A stretch of DNA of 57,495 bases, filler included, from Bipalium vagum (Eukaryota), in assembly GCA_037834085.1 (NCBI GenBank). It is 3 parts of 3 records of this genome, joined end to end, with 100 filler letters (N's around TTAATTAATTAA, not from the genome) between each part and the next. Parts side by side here need not be neighbours in the genome. Positions count along the whole stretch, not along the records: positions 1 to 19,741 come from JBBMKC010268841.1; 2 more parts are not named here. One strand, 5' to 3'. Shown piece by piece: positions 1 to 14,052 of this stretch. The notes under the pieces were generated by a model. It was not told the DNA's origin and ran no database searches. It was given only the letters and a program-made list of their open reading frames with translations. How positions within the stretch are numbered: the stretch's first letter is position 1; each line of letters starts with the position of its first letter. The position numbers and the translations under genes were made by a program.

Positions 1-50
<50 letters not shown>
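1..50. repeat. (TTA)n microsatellite
   Basis: Perfect TTA run at the window start. Confidence 0.95.
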
Positions 51-51
<1 letters not shown>

Positions 52-324
52 TAGCTCTAGTAGAATATTTTGTTGAGAACGTGATGTCACAAACTGTTTT
101 CAATTTTACTTATTGTAATTATTGTATTTTTTTATAATCCTTTCTTTTCCTGCAAAAATTGGATTCAGAAAATTCGTTCTTTTCTTTCAAGCTACAATTC
201 ACAAACAGTTTTACAAGACTTAGTCTTTTTACTCAAATCTTATAAGAACAAAATCTTTTGAGATAGAATAATACCAATTGCAATCTAGGAAAACAGGAAA
301 ACATGCAACAAATAGATTATATTA

Positions 325-740
325 TACAGGGTGTTAGAGATAAATTTGATATTATTAAAAAGGATTGTTTCCAATATTTGTTATGGGTGTTAAATAATAA
401 TAAATTACGCTTGCTGTAAAAGCTTAATTTCTTGTTTATTCAGATACATGTGAATAAGACAATTGATGATTGGAACCAACCTGAATCATGGAAGAGAATA
501 ACTTGTATCATGATGATTCGAGTCGTCTTCCAAATTAAGGAGAATATGATCGCAATTCAATGTTCCCTGAACACTGAAAAAAATTGAACTGGAGAACTTC
601 GATGGAGACTACGAAATTGGACGGGAAGATGGCAACATAACAGACAATCTGATAGTGTTCAGACTGCTGATTTCTTGGATAATCTGCAGAAGAAAGTGTT
701 CGAGGACAATAATCATTAACCAGTTATGAGTCTAATTTGT
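325..740 (+). mobile_element. Degenerate Tc1/mariner-superfamily 5' fragment
   Basis: TA-CAGGGTG terminus typical of these TIRs, followed by decayed transposase-like sequence; no intact ORF. Confidence 0.35.
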
Positions 741-3014
741 CATATTCATTTTTGAGATTTTGGAGTTTTTTCACTTATACGTTGAATTTGCGTTGTTTAA
801 ATCGGCTAATAGACTTTGATGGGTATTACTAGATGAAGGGTGTTTTCTTAAGGTCTTATAGATAAACGATGCACTACCCCTGAAATCTTTACAAGGAAAT
901 AATAAAATGAAAATTTCCTTAACAACTGACATCTAAAAGAATTAGCAACACCCTTTAATGTCAAAACAAAGTATATTGATATTGTAAAAAATGGACCAAA
1001 TTTTTTTTGTAACGGTCGATTACAAAAAATTTCTAACAATAAGAATAGTATTTGCATTGTTCATTTTTGAGATTAATGGACCAATCACAGTGAAGCTAAA
1101 TATAATAAATCAATTAGTCGATTAAAATTAATTCTATTAATCATGATTTATCCAATATTCAGTAAAGTTTTTATGCTAAATTTCGCCTTTCATACTTTTG
1201 ACTGCTCTATTTATTTTTAACTTGTTTTTGTACACTATTTGTAACAATTTATTAATAAGGTTTACTCGGTCATTGTCAAGTCTGATTTTTAATATCTTTC
1301 AAACAATGCAAATTTTATCGAAAATTTACCTCCCCTTACAACACAAGATGATGGTTATCTTTCTTTTATGGTGGTTATCAAAGTGAAGAATATATTTATC
1401 ATTTAATTTCCTCAATGTCAATCAGACGCAAACCATTTCTCAGTACAACAATGAGTTAATGGAGATTTGGTTGGGTAGATAATGGGAGTTTGATTTATAC
1501 CGCTTTGAGTACATTTTTCAAGACAACTGTACATTTGTCACATAAAGTTCCGTTAGCCCTCTTAACATTAAGTCAATATCAATATTAGCTAATTTAATAA
1601 ATGATAACAGCCGTATAAGTAGTAGTGAAAGGTAATACCTAGGTATGTAGTCCAAGAATGTCCAGGATGAAAATTACACAATTCGTTTCTGGATATGAGA
1701 AAGGGTGAAGAAGTTATTCTATTATCAGAGTAAAGGAAACTAAGTGATAATTAATGGAACAGATATGACTAGTAGATCTTCTGGTTCTCTTTAAACTGTA
1801 AGAAAACTTTAGGTACAAGATTTTTACAAATTTATCTAGACAATTAAATATTAATACGAATTTTGAAGTTATACGAGTAGTCTAAGTACCAACACTCAAA
1901 CGATGGTCAAGGTCAAATCAGAAGCATCCAAAACCAGCACACTCTAACTTTAATCTTGTATTCACTTTGTGCATATACTAAAGGTAATATAATATATACA
2001 TAATCTGTTCTTCCTCTTTTTCTTTCAACTATTTTGATTCGCATAATAGTTCTTATACTTTTCTTGCAGTATAGAACAATATCTTCATTATGAAATAAAT
2101 GACGATTCACTGCCCTTTATGGTTTCTAAAATATTGGTATGACTTGAAATCTGACTTCATTTAAACGTAAGGTTTCGTTCAAGCCCGATACCTCTATTAA
2201 ATTTATAATTAATTTAATTAAGTGAAATTTTATTTATTGATATTATTTAAATTACTGGTAAAATACTACGCACATTTGATTATCTTTGAAGTTGTGATTG
2301 GCCTTAATCTAAACAGCTGATATATCAAAAAGATTAAAACGACACTTAATTCTTTATTAATTACGATTAAACAAGTTAGAACTCTGTGCTGGTGAATGTT
2401 AATTTATCAGTGTTCGATGTCAATTATGTTCATTGGAAGTTAAGTGCTAATGAACCACATCCGCTAAGACCTGACTTCAATGGTTGTGTTTGCTAATGTG
2501 CAGCACTCTATTTTGTGCTCTGAAAATAATAAGTTTAAGCATAATCTTCTTAAACTCTATGAGCTACCTGGGCTCAATAATTTCGAAAACTCTTTCTATA
2601 CTAATTTTGATCTGATCAATTTGGTTGTTATCTCCTGAAACTGGTAGCTATTTCCCAGGATAGCTACTAAACCATATTCAAGATGATTTATTACCGATTT
2701 TTTCTGCCTATGTCTAAAATTCACAACCATAAATCAAGCCTCAAATCGGTGTCTAGTAATTATTTACGGACAATAATTGTCGGTGCAAATCAGTTTAGTT
2801 AAATATCAATATTATTATCAATTAATATATTTTTAATTGATTTTAAAATATATATACTTATTTTCAATAAAAATTTACCAATAATTATTTTAATAAATTG
2901 CATGGAAATTATTGCATCTTTTGTTTAATCAATCTAATTTAATCAGATATCCATTTTTGTAGCGCATCATTTAAATAATTCATCAATGATTAATACTTAC
3001 ATTACATGTAGAAA

Positions 3015-3930
3015 TATGACTAGAATAAGAAAAACGCATTTCAACCAACTGTCGGATTTTGAATAGTAATCGAATAGTATGACTTCATGAAGGCAGAATA
3101 AATTTCAAAGAAATCTCAAAACGTTTGGGAAGAAATTATTCAATTATTTTATGTTCATGAGATATGTGGTATGAGGAAATTTAGCGGTGGCAATTGACAA
3201 CATCGAAGCATCAGTGATTATTAAGATAGAAATATTCATCTAATATATTTCAACAATAACAATAAACATCTTATAACTTTTAGGGATAGATTTATACCGA
3301 TCACAAAAATTGACATAAATTAGATCTCAGAAAAAGGTATCCCTTAGCACTATATAACGAAGATTTTTAGTATGTTTATGGGAAAGTATGGATTCTGAGG
3401 ACGAGGCGACACCGTAGTGAATACCAAAATGTTGGGTAAAGGCTATCAAGTCACAAGAGAGTTACACCTGGAATACAAAGCATATGGAGTACAATATGAT
3501 TTGTATTCCGGTCACCTATAATATTAATCAAAGGTAATTTTTATGCTGTTCGATACGTTCATGAAATTCTGAGATCCGTACTACTCCCAATAATGGAGAC
3601 AATTCCAGGCAGTAGTTTTCAGCAAAACAACGTGAGGTCACATACTGCTAGTAAAGAATTATTTTTTGCAAGAATCACAAATAGAAATATTAACTTGGTC
3701 AGCATATCTTATCAGCATACCAGATTTATCTTCTATGTAACATATCTGGGATATCCTTCGTCATCAACTACGGTCTTTTCTTTTTGGTCTTAAAACACCG
3801 GATGAGTTAAAAATCAGCTTAAACATAAATGGAACGATACATCTTAATGGAAAATAAATCTTCCAATTAATTATTTTCCAGGAATCCAATATTGTGTCGC
3901 AAGTTGCGGTTACATGTTTCGCTATTGAAA
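3015..3930 (+). mobile_element. Degenerate Tc1-like transposase
   Basis: N-terminus MTRIRKTHFNQLSDFE resembles the Tc1/Tc3 HTH. FQQNNVRSHTA is a decayed FQQDNARPHTA. Many stops and frameshifts. Confidence 0.7.
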
Positions 3931-4166
3931 TCTTTACATGTTTTCCATATAAATTTATTTATTTCATACAATTTGATCAAATGTATTTGATAATTTTATT
4001 TGTTCAGTTTAAATTTTTTGGTGGTGTGTTTTTATTGAAAATTATATAAATAATTAAACTACAAATCAATTATAAGAAATCATTATCAAAATCAATAAAT
4101 TGACTTAAAATTATTCTATCTTTTTAACTTGAATTTTTTATATTATTAAATTGTTTTACTTTTCAG

Positions 4167-4328
4167 GTACTTGATTCAATCAAAGGAAATGGTCTCACGA
4201 GTTTCGTCCTAATTCGTGGTATTTCCGATTACGTCGATGGAAGCACTGATACCCGTTGGCAGCCGTATGCCTCTTTGGCGGCTGCAGCTTTCATGAAGGC
4301 TTTGATTGCAAAATTGGGAGCAAAATGA
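4167..4328 (+). CDS. Terminal exon of a purine nucleoside phosphorylase/MTA-nucleosidase (PNP_UDP_1-like) domain protein; upstream exons not identified in the window
   Basis: After the ttttcag acceptor it reads VLDSIKGNGLTSFVLIRGISDYVDGSTDTRWQPYASLAAAAFMKALIAKLGAK*. IRGISDYxDG...WQPYAxLAAAA is the C-terminal signature of this domain. AATAAA follows near 4407. Confidence 0.8.
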   Translation, partial: VLDSIKGNGLTSFVLIRGISDYVDGSTDTRWQPYASLAAAAFMKALIAKLGAK

Positions 4329-5507
4329 TGAAGAGAGGGAGATAGAAGAAAGGATTTTTATACGAAATTTGGCTTTTTCTAAATTTTTAGGCTTTCGTTC
4401 AATGAAATAAAAGTTTTGATTCAAAAATATAAGTTCTTTCTTAAAATTTAATCACGGTGTCAAACTTTTCTTTAGGTTTGTTCCTTTTTCATTTATCAAG
4501 ATAACACGACTTTCGAATCATCATTGAACTTTCGACATGAATAGAAAATGCCGCTAGACAATGTACATATCTGCATTAACAGCACTTTATTAATGTATGC
4601 TTTGAAGGAGATACTGAAAGTTGTTATTTCAACTACTGGTTGTTGATCTTCAGTTAATTAATGTTAAATTTGACTTAGGTCAAATGTTTTACCATCGAAA
4701 TACGATAAAAAGTCCAAGATTCACCTGGCTTGTACATGTCATATTATTATTTCAAGATTTTCTCATTGGCCTAACTATAACTTCATTATTTTACTTTAAA
4801 TATTGATAATATTTATATTAACAGTTAGTTCTTCTTTACTACACATTGAAAAGACGTCAGAGTTATAAAAAAAAGTATCTATTTAAACAAAACACGTAGC
4901 TTTAACCAAGCATGCTAATGATATGACTCTAAATCTTATAATTGTAATAGTTAGCACCCTTTTAATACTCAAATAATAATTCTAAATCTTCTATTCAACC
5001 GAAACACAGTAACGTAGCCATAATCTTTCGACTTGTTTGATGAGTGAAATGAATATAAATTATATTATTATATTATTATAACTAAACGTAAATACCTTCT
5101 GAATAATAATTATGCTAAGACTAAACTTTATTGATCTCTTTCCGACGCTCACCCTAAGGGCCTGTCAAATAATTATCAAATAATAATAAAAAAATTCGCA
5201 AAGTTCAGTATTAATGATTGCACTGAAATGATCAATAATAAAAGAAAAAAATAAATCCACATCATTACAATAAAAGTCTAAACTCTTTGTTGTCGACTTC
5301 TTCAAAGTATCCACTGATGACTGTCACTCAGTCGATACCATACAGGTTCTGGATAATTCTTGAGATTAATATCAGGTAACGAACTAAGTTTTTTCGTTTT
5401 TTCAGTTGCTTAAATTTGTTAACCCCTGGGATTCTCATTTATCTACCGATTTAAATCTTTTTGTTTTAGTTTACTACTATGTGAGTTTCAGATTTACTAT
5501 TTAATTA

Positions 5508-6510
5508 ATGTTATTAATCATTATCCTCTGGAATATGTGCTCCAAAAGTTCACTGGACAAATCACAAATTCGAGCAATTATTTATTACGAATGGAAAAAT
5601 AACACAAACACAAATGAAACTTTCTCAAAACTTAACGAAGTGCTTGACAAAGGAACAATGCAACTGAGAGCAGTGCAAAATTGGTTAAAAAAATCTATAG
5701 TGGTGATTTTTCATTGGAAGACAAAGAGATGTCTGGAAGGCCAAAAGAGTTGGAGGATTATTAAATCATGGACCTTCTTGAACAAAACAGATCAATTAGT
5801 GCTAAACAAATCGCTTCTGACTTAAATATAAGCGATACAGTCATAAGAAACCGACTGAAAGTGTTAGGATTCACTTGTAAACTCGATAAATGGGTTCCCC
5901 ACGGACTTGCTGAAAAAAACAAGTTGGGTCGTGTGAGATAAACTGGAAATTAACCGCCCCAAGTCTCTTAATTTGTTCAAGACTTCTCGAAAGAAACCGA
6001 AATGATCCTTTTCTCGACCAGATAGTCACTATCATGACAACATAACCAGTCGAAGATCGTGGTTGTTGAAAGGATTCTCGTGGAATTATTTATAAGGAGT
6101 TTCTCAAATCCGGGGAAATCATTAATTCTGATGCCTATTGCGACATGCTAAGAAGAGTTCATGCCATTGTGAAGGAAAACCGGAGCAGTTTGATAAACCG
6201 AAAACAAGTGATTTTCCACCAAGATAATTCCAAGCCTCACAAATCAATAAAGATATTGAAGGTTATTCAGGAATTGAGCTGGATTCTAATGGAACATCCG
6301 CCATATAGTCCCGATATCGCTCCATCCGAATTTTTATTTATTCCGGATATTACAGAATCAATAATTTAATAATTAATAATTAATTTTAAGAGTTGTGAAG
6401 GTATGAAGAATGGAGTATTTTCTTTCTTTCATCCAAAAGGTCGAGATTTCTTTAATACTGGGATCAATAAACCTCTAAATAGATGGGAGGCAGCTCTCCA
6501 TTTGATGGGA
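5508..6510 (+). mobile_element. Degenerate mariner transposase
   Basis: QIRAIIYYEWK (HTH), WVPHGL, FHQDNSKPH and HPPYSPDIAPS motifs across frameshifts. Confidence 0.9.
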
Positions 6511-6789
6511 TATTAAGAGTGTGATATATTATGAGCTGTTTGAAGTCGGCGATACAGTTATTGCCAGTCGCTACAAAGACCGATTAATCCCGTTGAATCA
6601 ACATATGGAGTTAAAAATTCAGTTTAGTCGGAAAGAAAATCGACCTGTGATATTGTTCCATAACAAAATTAAATAATTTTATATCAATCATAGAAATATA
6701 ATTCAAAGGAAGCATTGGAAAACAATTTCTCGGGAAAATTTTAAAAATTATTTTAAGAAAAGTCGTTGGTAATCTTTTAAAATGCGAAT

Positions 6790-7460
6790 TCAGGAGAACT
6801 GAAAATACTTTTAAGCGAGTTCTTCGTGTGAAAGACGACAGGCCACAGAATGCACTAAAGCATTGAATAGACCAATGAAACCATAATAATCGTCCAATAA
6901 CGGATGCCTTAATCCAATGTAAAACATTAAAATTTGCTACATCTCTCAAAATATCTGATTTTAAAGCCAATAATGGCTGGCTTTCAAAAAAAATTCAAAA
7001 AAGAAACAAAAATAAATCCTATTATCTGAATGGTGAAATCAACCCTCGTGGTATTGAAAGCGAAGTATGGATTATACGCGAGAAATTACATAAATATCAA
7101 GCTGGGGATATTTAAAATCTTGACGAGACAGAATGTTATATCGCTACCCTTTCTATGAGAGCAATATCACGTTAGCCTATGAAAAGCAGTAAAAAAGTAA
7201 AGAAAGAATAACCGTTGTCCTACGCTCGCATGCAGATGGAATTGATAAAAGAAGCCCCCTGGTAATTGGAAAAAGTCTAAATCCAAGATGCTTCAAAATT
7301 TTTAATGTCAAATCTTTTGTTGATTATCAACCCAATGGCAAAGCTTGAAAAACTAACATTGACTTCACAAGTTATGTTCATAAATTTGATACTGAAATGA
7401 ATGCTCAACAACGGAACATTGTGTTAATTTTGAATAATGCTGCAAATCAAAAAAAATAAT
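6790..7460 (+). mobile_element. Degenerate pogo/Tigger transposase (CENP-B HTH plus DDE_1)
   Basis: RPITDALIQCKTLKFATSLKISDFKANNGWL, NLDET, RITVVLRSHADGIDKRSPLVIGKSLNPRCFK, RNIVLILNNAAN. Confidence 0.85.
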
Positions 7461-7710
7461 TAAACAAAATCACAATAAGCATAATGATTGCTCAATTTTA
7501 CTTGCACCTTATGTCTCTCCATTTAATTGTGTTCCACACTTTTATTTTATATTTAAAAAATTAAAAATCATTTTACAAAAAAATTCTCAAAAATTCGATT
7601 GTTTATTTACCATATGTTGGAAAAGAGCACATGTGGATCTCAAAGAAATGTACCATTGTTTCTGGGTATATATACAGATTGTAAAATAATACAAAAATAT
7701 TTATTTTCAA

Positions 7711-8291
7711 ATGAATATCGGATTTTCTTCTTTGTTCCTGTTTGGGATAGCACATGTGTGTTTGGGTTACTTTTTATGTTATATTTTCATGTGCAACATT
7801 CGCTTATGTTTCATTTTAAGCTTCCCTTTCTCCCGAAAATCTTCATGTATTGCCAAAACCGGTCACCTATCAGGCTGCCGTTGACGGTTGCAAGGCACTC
7901 AATATGGATCTTGTTAAGATTGAAAATGAAGAAAAAAATGTAAAATGGGAGACTATTTTATTTATCTCTATACTAAACTCTCCGTTTTTAGAAAATTGTT
8001 CACGATTTTGCTTTAAAGAAAGGATATAGACCATACTGGATAAATGCAAATATTAATAATAAAATAGGACACTGGGTAGATAGTGATGGGGTAGATATTA
8101 CGTACAGGTAAACAATGATTATATGGAAAGCTCTCATGAAATATTTTGATTTTAGTAAGTGGAGTCCTGGGCAGCCCGATAAACTAGATGTACAAAAATG
8201 TGCTGTAGGGTTGTTTTACAGTGAAGGATTTTGGGATAATCAGGATTGTAACACTCTCCTATATGGAATTTGTGCAATGAATGACTGTTAA
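7711..8291 (+). CDS. Secreted single-domain C-type lectin, about 141 aa; exons 7711-7765, 7821-7939, 7992-8107, 8156-8291
   Basis: GT-AG introns of 55, 52 and 48 nt join in frame. Hydrophobic leader MNIGFSSLFLFGIAHVCLA, then TYQAAVDGCKALNMDLVKIENEEKN, YWINA, YSKWSPGQPD..QKC..WDNQDC..GIC. Confidence 0.9.
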
Positions 8292-8389
8292 GACCTGAAG
8301 AAAAGTAGAACATTGGATATTTTGAAAATAAAAATAAATTTTGGTGTCTTGTTTATTGTAATTTAAAAATAATATTTTCTTAATTTTAC

Positions 8390-9433
8390 AGAAAAATTGT
8401 TGAAAAAATGATGCGCTTTGATATTTTCTTCTTTGATATTACACTTCTTGGCTTCGTGAATACTGTAATTATCTAGTGCCATATAGATTTTCGGCTGAAT
8501 ATTTAAATTCATTATTGGCACACAAAATGATCTAATTGTAACAATATATGTATCAGCTTTTGTTTGCCTTCTAGAATTTTCAAACCAATAAGGCTATTGA
8601 CCATAAGCATCCCTAAACCACCAATCTCTCACCTTGATATTGTCACCTTACACGATTGAAATTTATTCTCTTTGGACTATATGTTAACCTAATATAAGGT
8701 ACATTTTATGCATTGTTATTAAACAATTTATTTACTAATTATCGGGACCGTTCAGAGAAAGCAGTTGTTCGGCTGTGAAAACTTTACTTTACCATTGAAT
8801 ATTTTTATGAATTCATGGCGATATCGGCTGAAGTCTTACTTTAATATAGCTATGAGTCAAGTGCATGTTTTGCGCTCCATAATTTTATTTTATAATCATT
8901 TTTCTGTAACCAATTGTTTAATGTTCTCTTTGTAACGTTTAAAAAAATCTCATTTAATATTGCATTCAAGGTCATCTTGACATCTTTAGACTTCTCATGG
9001 CTATCACTGACTTCCGTTTATCTATCAAAGCCTATGATCCATTTTTCTTCATTTTCCTTATTTTATATTTAACAATGCTTTGTAAAGGTGCCCTGGTCAT
9101 ATTAATTCTTTGCTATTGAGCCATATGATTATGAAATGAAACTCAGTTTTTATCAGAAGGACTCTTTACTTAACTTCGAAGTGAAAAATTATTCTTTTTG
9201 ATTAATTAAAGTTATTAAGTTCGTATTTTGTGATATATTGTAGTTGCATTAAAAGATTTGTATTTGTGAATATTATTTGAATCCTTTGGGAATCAGATTC
9301 CAGTTCATATTACAATCCATTATGAAGGTTATCCTTCAATCGATTAGTATAAATAAGCGATAAATAAAATAGCAGTTAATAATAAATTAAGCGCTACTGT
9401 TTGCATACAAGCTAAAGTTGATCGTTTGATACA
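8390..9433 (-). mobile_element. Degenerate Tc1-like element, copy A
   Basis: Long near-identical stretches shared with 15900-16641, which carries DD34E-type motifs. Confidence 0.75.
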
Positions 9434-9690
9434 CATTTATCGATTTTTTAGAACACCGGTAATCTAAGGATAACACTTTACTTCTATTTCATTACTGAAT
9501 CGTTGGAGGTTAACAATATCATTAACCAGTATAAGGTCCAAGTCTAGTTTTACATATCTCTTTCGATTACCTTTATATATAAGCAGACTGTTAACTTTTA
9601 GAATATTGCCAAAAATCTCAATCATAGATTTATAACCTGAAAACCTTTGTTAGTTCAGGATATTTACATAATCGAACGTAACATTAATAG

Positions 9691-9776
9691 ACTTAAATCT
9701 TCTTTTAATTGCATAATAAAAAATTGGATTTCAAAACTATTTGTTTAATATTCAAACAAACAAATCTAATCTAACT
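9691..9776 (-). repeat. 3' LTR (86 bp)
   Basis: Direct repeat of 13967-14052, about 9 mismatches by hand alignment. On the minus strand it is preceded by a short purine-rich tract, AGAAAGGCG. Confidence 0.85.
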
Positions 9777-12700
9777 CGCCTTTCTGAAAAAAGAGGACCA
9801 TCTCTTCAGTCATTCGATTTTTCTCTTCTTGATGCCACCTGGACCTTTTAGTTCCACTTGATAAGAAGACAAGTAACGCAAAATTTCGTAGGCCCTTTCA
9901 TTTTGAAAATCATTCTTGTTCCTCTTGTGTGTTTCTACCCAGACCAACATTGAATCTCCAATCGAGAAAATTCGTTGGCCGCGTTTGCTCCTTTCAAATT
10001 GACCCATTTTGTCTGCAACTGTATCCAAATTTACTTTCGCTTCCTTTGTAATATCCGTCTCAACCCCGATAACCTCATTCAATACCGAATGGATATTCAC
10101 TTTGTGACCGTAGACAATTTCAAACGATGAGAATTTTGTTGAGCTTTGCTGGGTAGCATTAATGCTAAACTCGATCCTCGGTACCAATTCGTACCAGTCT
10201 TGTTCTTCACAACCACTGTTTATTGAATTAGTTATCATGTCTCCAATTTTTCTTATTATCCTCTTGGATTGGTTCTGATAGGGAGCACTAAATTCCTGCT
10301 TGATATTCAAATCTTTCCATTTCTGCTTCAGCATTTCTCAAAATTGTGTCCTCTATCTGTGAGGATACTCTCCGGCCTTCCAAATTTATAAACCCAATTG
10401 TTCATAATTTTTTTGTAGATAGTTCTATCATCTATTTTAGTCAACGCGCTCAAGTTCACCAGCTTACTAAAAACGATTCATAATGACAATAACATATTTT
10501 TAACGAGCTTTCGACCTTTTCATAAAACCAATGTCTACGACAATCAGTTCCAGAAAATGCTCACTATGTCTCGGGATCAAAACCTCTTTGGTGCGTGTTT
10601 GATCTCTTTTCCTTTTCGCACAAATCAGACATGTTTTCAGGAACGTTTTAATGGAGCTGGCAAAAAACAATGGTCCCCGAGATTATGTTATATTTTTTGC
10701 TGCCTAAATGACGGAGTTCTCCGTGGATTGCATGAACAAATTCCGTTAAAAAGCTCTCAGGAATTACTACTTTCTTCCGAATATTCTGACATACAACTAA
10801 TATGTTACCGACGATATAAAAATCATCTTTCACCCAAAAAGACCATTTTCCTTCAAGATGTACAACAGTTCTCGTCTTTCTTCTGTAATATATTTTCTAA
10901 ACTTCACAAACGTTTGGTCACTATCCTGTCTGTGCTGAATTCCCTCGAATCTAGTACTCGTCTCACTCAACACATTAATATAACGGGTTCTAGATTTCTC
11001 GGTCTTTGCCAAATCATGGTGGGTTTGGCATTTACAAACACAAAACCTCCGAAATTCTTGACAAACCGTCCGCATTTCTGTTCTCTTTACTTTTCTTATA
11101 GCTTAACTCAAAATTGAATTCTGCTAAATTCGCCATCAAGATCTGGAATTGAGGACTGATATGTTGTTTGTGTCATTCATAAATACTAAGGCCTTATCGT
11201 CTGTTCGGGCTACAAATCAATTACCATATATTATATTGTTAATAGATATTGTTTAAAATGGAAAACAAATTCATACACCGCAAGAAACTCACACAATAAC
11301 CCTCTTCATGTGCTGACAAATGCCTTGAGCCGTAGTCGATTACCGCTTCAGATCCATCTTCCCGCCATTGAAGCTAGTATCTGTATCTAGCACAAAAGTT
11401 CCGTCTTGTCTAGGATAATCGAGTATTTTGGCATTGCATAATCTACTTTTTAGCTCTTCAAAGCTTTTCTGGCATTCGTTTGACCATTGTAACTGCTTAT
11501 CACCTCCCGATGTCGCGGCATATAATGATGCTACTATCTTTGCATATTTATCAATAAAACGGCGATAATAGTTCGTTAGGCCTATAAATGACCGCAGCTT
11601 CGAGACACATTTCGGCGGTTCCACTTTCAAAATCTCCTGATTCTTCTTTTCATTTCATGAATTCCCGCTGCACTCACTGTATATCCAAGAAATACTATTT
11701 TTTGATTAATTTTACACTTTCCTGGATTTGCCTTTATCCCTGCTACAGAAATTCTTCTTAAAACCTCTTTTAAGACTGGATCATGCTGGCTTTCATAAAC
11801 CTCATATATCATTATATAATCTAGATACACAACGACAACATTGAATATGAAACACTCCAGCAATTCGTGCATGAGTTTCTAGAACGTAGCTGAAGCTGTG
11901 CTAAAAGCCGTAATAATCCGTGATTTTTCTGACTATTCCACCTGGTAGTATGCTTGTCCGAGATCTACAGACGAGAAACAGTTAGAATTGGCCAAATAAT
12001 CCAATAATAACTTCATATCTGGCATTGGGAAAGAACATTTTTCTGAAATTCCGTCTAAAATCGACACATATTCGAATCGTCCTTCTTGTCTTTCTTTCCT
12101 ATCACCGCCAGTGGAGAGTTCCACGGACTCTTGTATTTCCGGATAACATCAGCTGACATGAGTTGCACAATCATATAGTCAATTTTTTATTCGAGATGCA
12201 TAGGCTGCCGCCTTGGATGTTGCAACATTGGACTTGTGTCACTCTTATGTCATGCTCCACCATCTTAATGTGCTCGATGTCAAACGTCGATCACATAAAA
12301 ATTTTTGCATATCTCATTAATAAATCTCGAAATCGCTTCAAAGGTTGTTCTGCACAGAGTTGTTCAATCAACTGCTTGTACTTTTCATTAGTAATTTTCT
12401 TCTTTAGATCCACCTCTTCAATACTGCCGATTTCACAGAATTCGACTCAAACTAATGTCATCAAATTTACACCACCGACAAAACCTGGTTGTATATTCCG
12501 TATTTTTCTTTCCATTTGACACTCACTGACAGGAACCAAGAGGTTTTTCGCCATCTTCCGAAAAAACTCCACTCAACAATAAGTTGCTCTTCATCAACTG
12601 CAGCATATCCACTTTCTTCCAATACTCTTCACTCATCACCGTGACTGAAGCTCATGAGTTCCACAACATTTTCAACTTTATACCATCAACCGTCACTAGG

Positions 12701-13955
12701 CTCCATCGTCGTCCATCTTCTGACAGGAACATCGCGTCTCTGCAGTTCACATTCCGACTTTGAAAACTCTCTAATAATTTGATCCAACCGACGAAATGTA
12801 AGCGATTCATTAAGGTTTTTTCACCTTAAGGTTTTTTCATCTTAAGGTTTTTATCTTTTTCATTAAGGTTTTTTCATCTTCCATTTCCTCATGGATACAC
12901 AATACCAGCCTTCCCTGTCTTCGCGAGATCTCTTCTAAAAGGTGACAATCTTGAAACTGGTGTCCGTATTTTCCACAAATTAAACATCTTCCTTTCAGTG
13001 GTCATTCGAATTTTCTATGATCATTGCCACCACAACAGAAACACTGTCCTGAATTCAACTATATCTCCCTCGCTGCAGGTAAACCTTTTCGTTTGTTGTA
13101 TAAACATCTTGCTACATGTTTCCTTGACACTCTTGGATTGATTCTTCCAGGCTCCGACGTACTTGTGTTATAATTTACAATCGGGGTATCCGCTCTGTCC
13201 CTGCTCCAACCAAATTCGTAGTGTTTTGTGGGCTCCGTAAATGTAGCTCCATACGTCTTTCTTGTATCACCAAGATTACTACAATATTTAATCTCTGAAA
13301 TTTTACCCTTGTAAGATTGTTTATCGTCAGATTCCTTTCTCGTGGCTTCAGCATAACTTTGTTTGCGAACGGAATTTACTAGACAACACTCCTCTTGTTT
13401 TTCCCGGGCTTCGTATAGCTTCGCCAAGTTTCTGATTTCTGTTGTATCAATATTTGGCTCGAAATTAATGCTTCTTTTAACCTCTCACTTCTAGCTCTCT
13501 TTGTTAAGAGATCATTGATCATTTCATCTCTAGTCAAAACCGAGTCTAAGACACTGTTCAGTAGTTCTCGTATTCTAATCTCGAAGGTTGCGAATCTCTC
13601 ATCTTCTTTCTGTTTCATCTCTGTCAACTTCATAATGAGGTTTGTGAAAGATTTCTTGAAGGTAAAGGTATCTAAGAACCATTGTTTAGCACCGGGTACT
13701 ATCGTATCTTCCGATTTAAAATGTTTCCATAAAATAGCGGCTTCATCCGTCAGTAGCAGGTCAAAAACACGAATCAAGCAAAGTTCATTGGTATGCAACT
13801 ACTCTTCGATTTCTATCAGCCATTTCTCAGCGTCATGGGTGCCTAGCCAATCGCATTTACGGATTTGGAATGACAACAATTCTTGTGACGTCTTTAGCAA
13901 AGCCTTTAATAGATTCTCCTTTTCTTATTGTCTTGTAATGACATTAACATTTTCA

Positions 13956-13967
13956 GTGTGGTCGCCA
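13956..13967 (-). promoter_or_regulatory. Primer binding site TGGCGACCAC
   Basis: TGG start complementary to tRNA CCA, abutting the 5' LTR. Confidence 0.75.
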
Positions 13968-14052
13968 ATTAAATCTTCTTTTAATTGCATCATAACAAAT
14001 TGCATTTCAAAACTATTTATTTAAAATTCAAACAAAAAAATTTAGTCTAACT
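13967..14052 (-). repeat. 5' LTR (86 bp)
   Basis: Minus strand reads AGTTA...AATT, immediately followed by GGCGACCAC. Confidence 0.85.

Larger units (their letters stand above)
9691..14052 (-). mobile_element. Fully delimited but decayed Ty3/gypsy LTR retrotransposon, Mag-like
   Basis: gag (13379-13798) and two CCHC knuckles near 12950-13050. RT motifs FSSVDLGQAYYQV and VYLDY, then LRSFIGLTNYYRRFI, RNase H FVLDTDTS and integrase end (9810-10334). 86-bp LTRs, PBS, and AATAG TSD at 9686-9690 and 14053-14057. Confidence 0.92.

Noticed and set aside
860-2760. Possible hAT remnant (ISLTTDI near 912) interrupted by a non-LTR RT remnant (TYLGI and WYLD on the minus strand)
   Set aside because: Only short isolated motifs; too decayed to delimit or classify.
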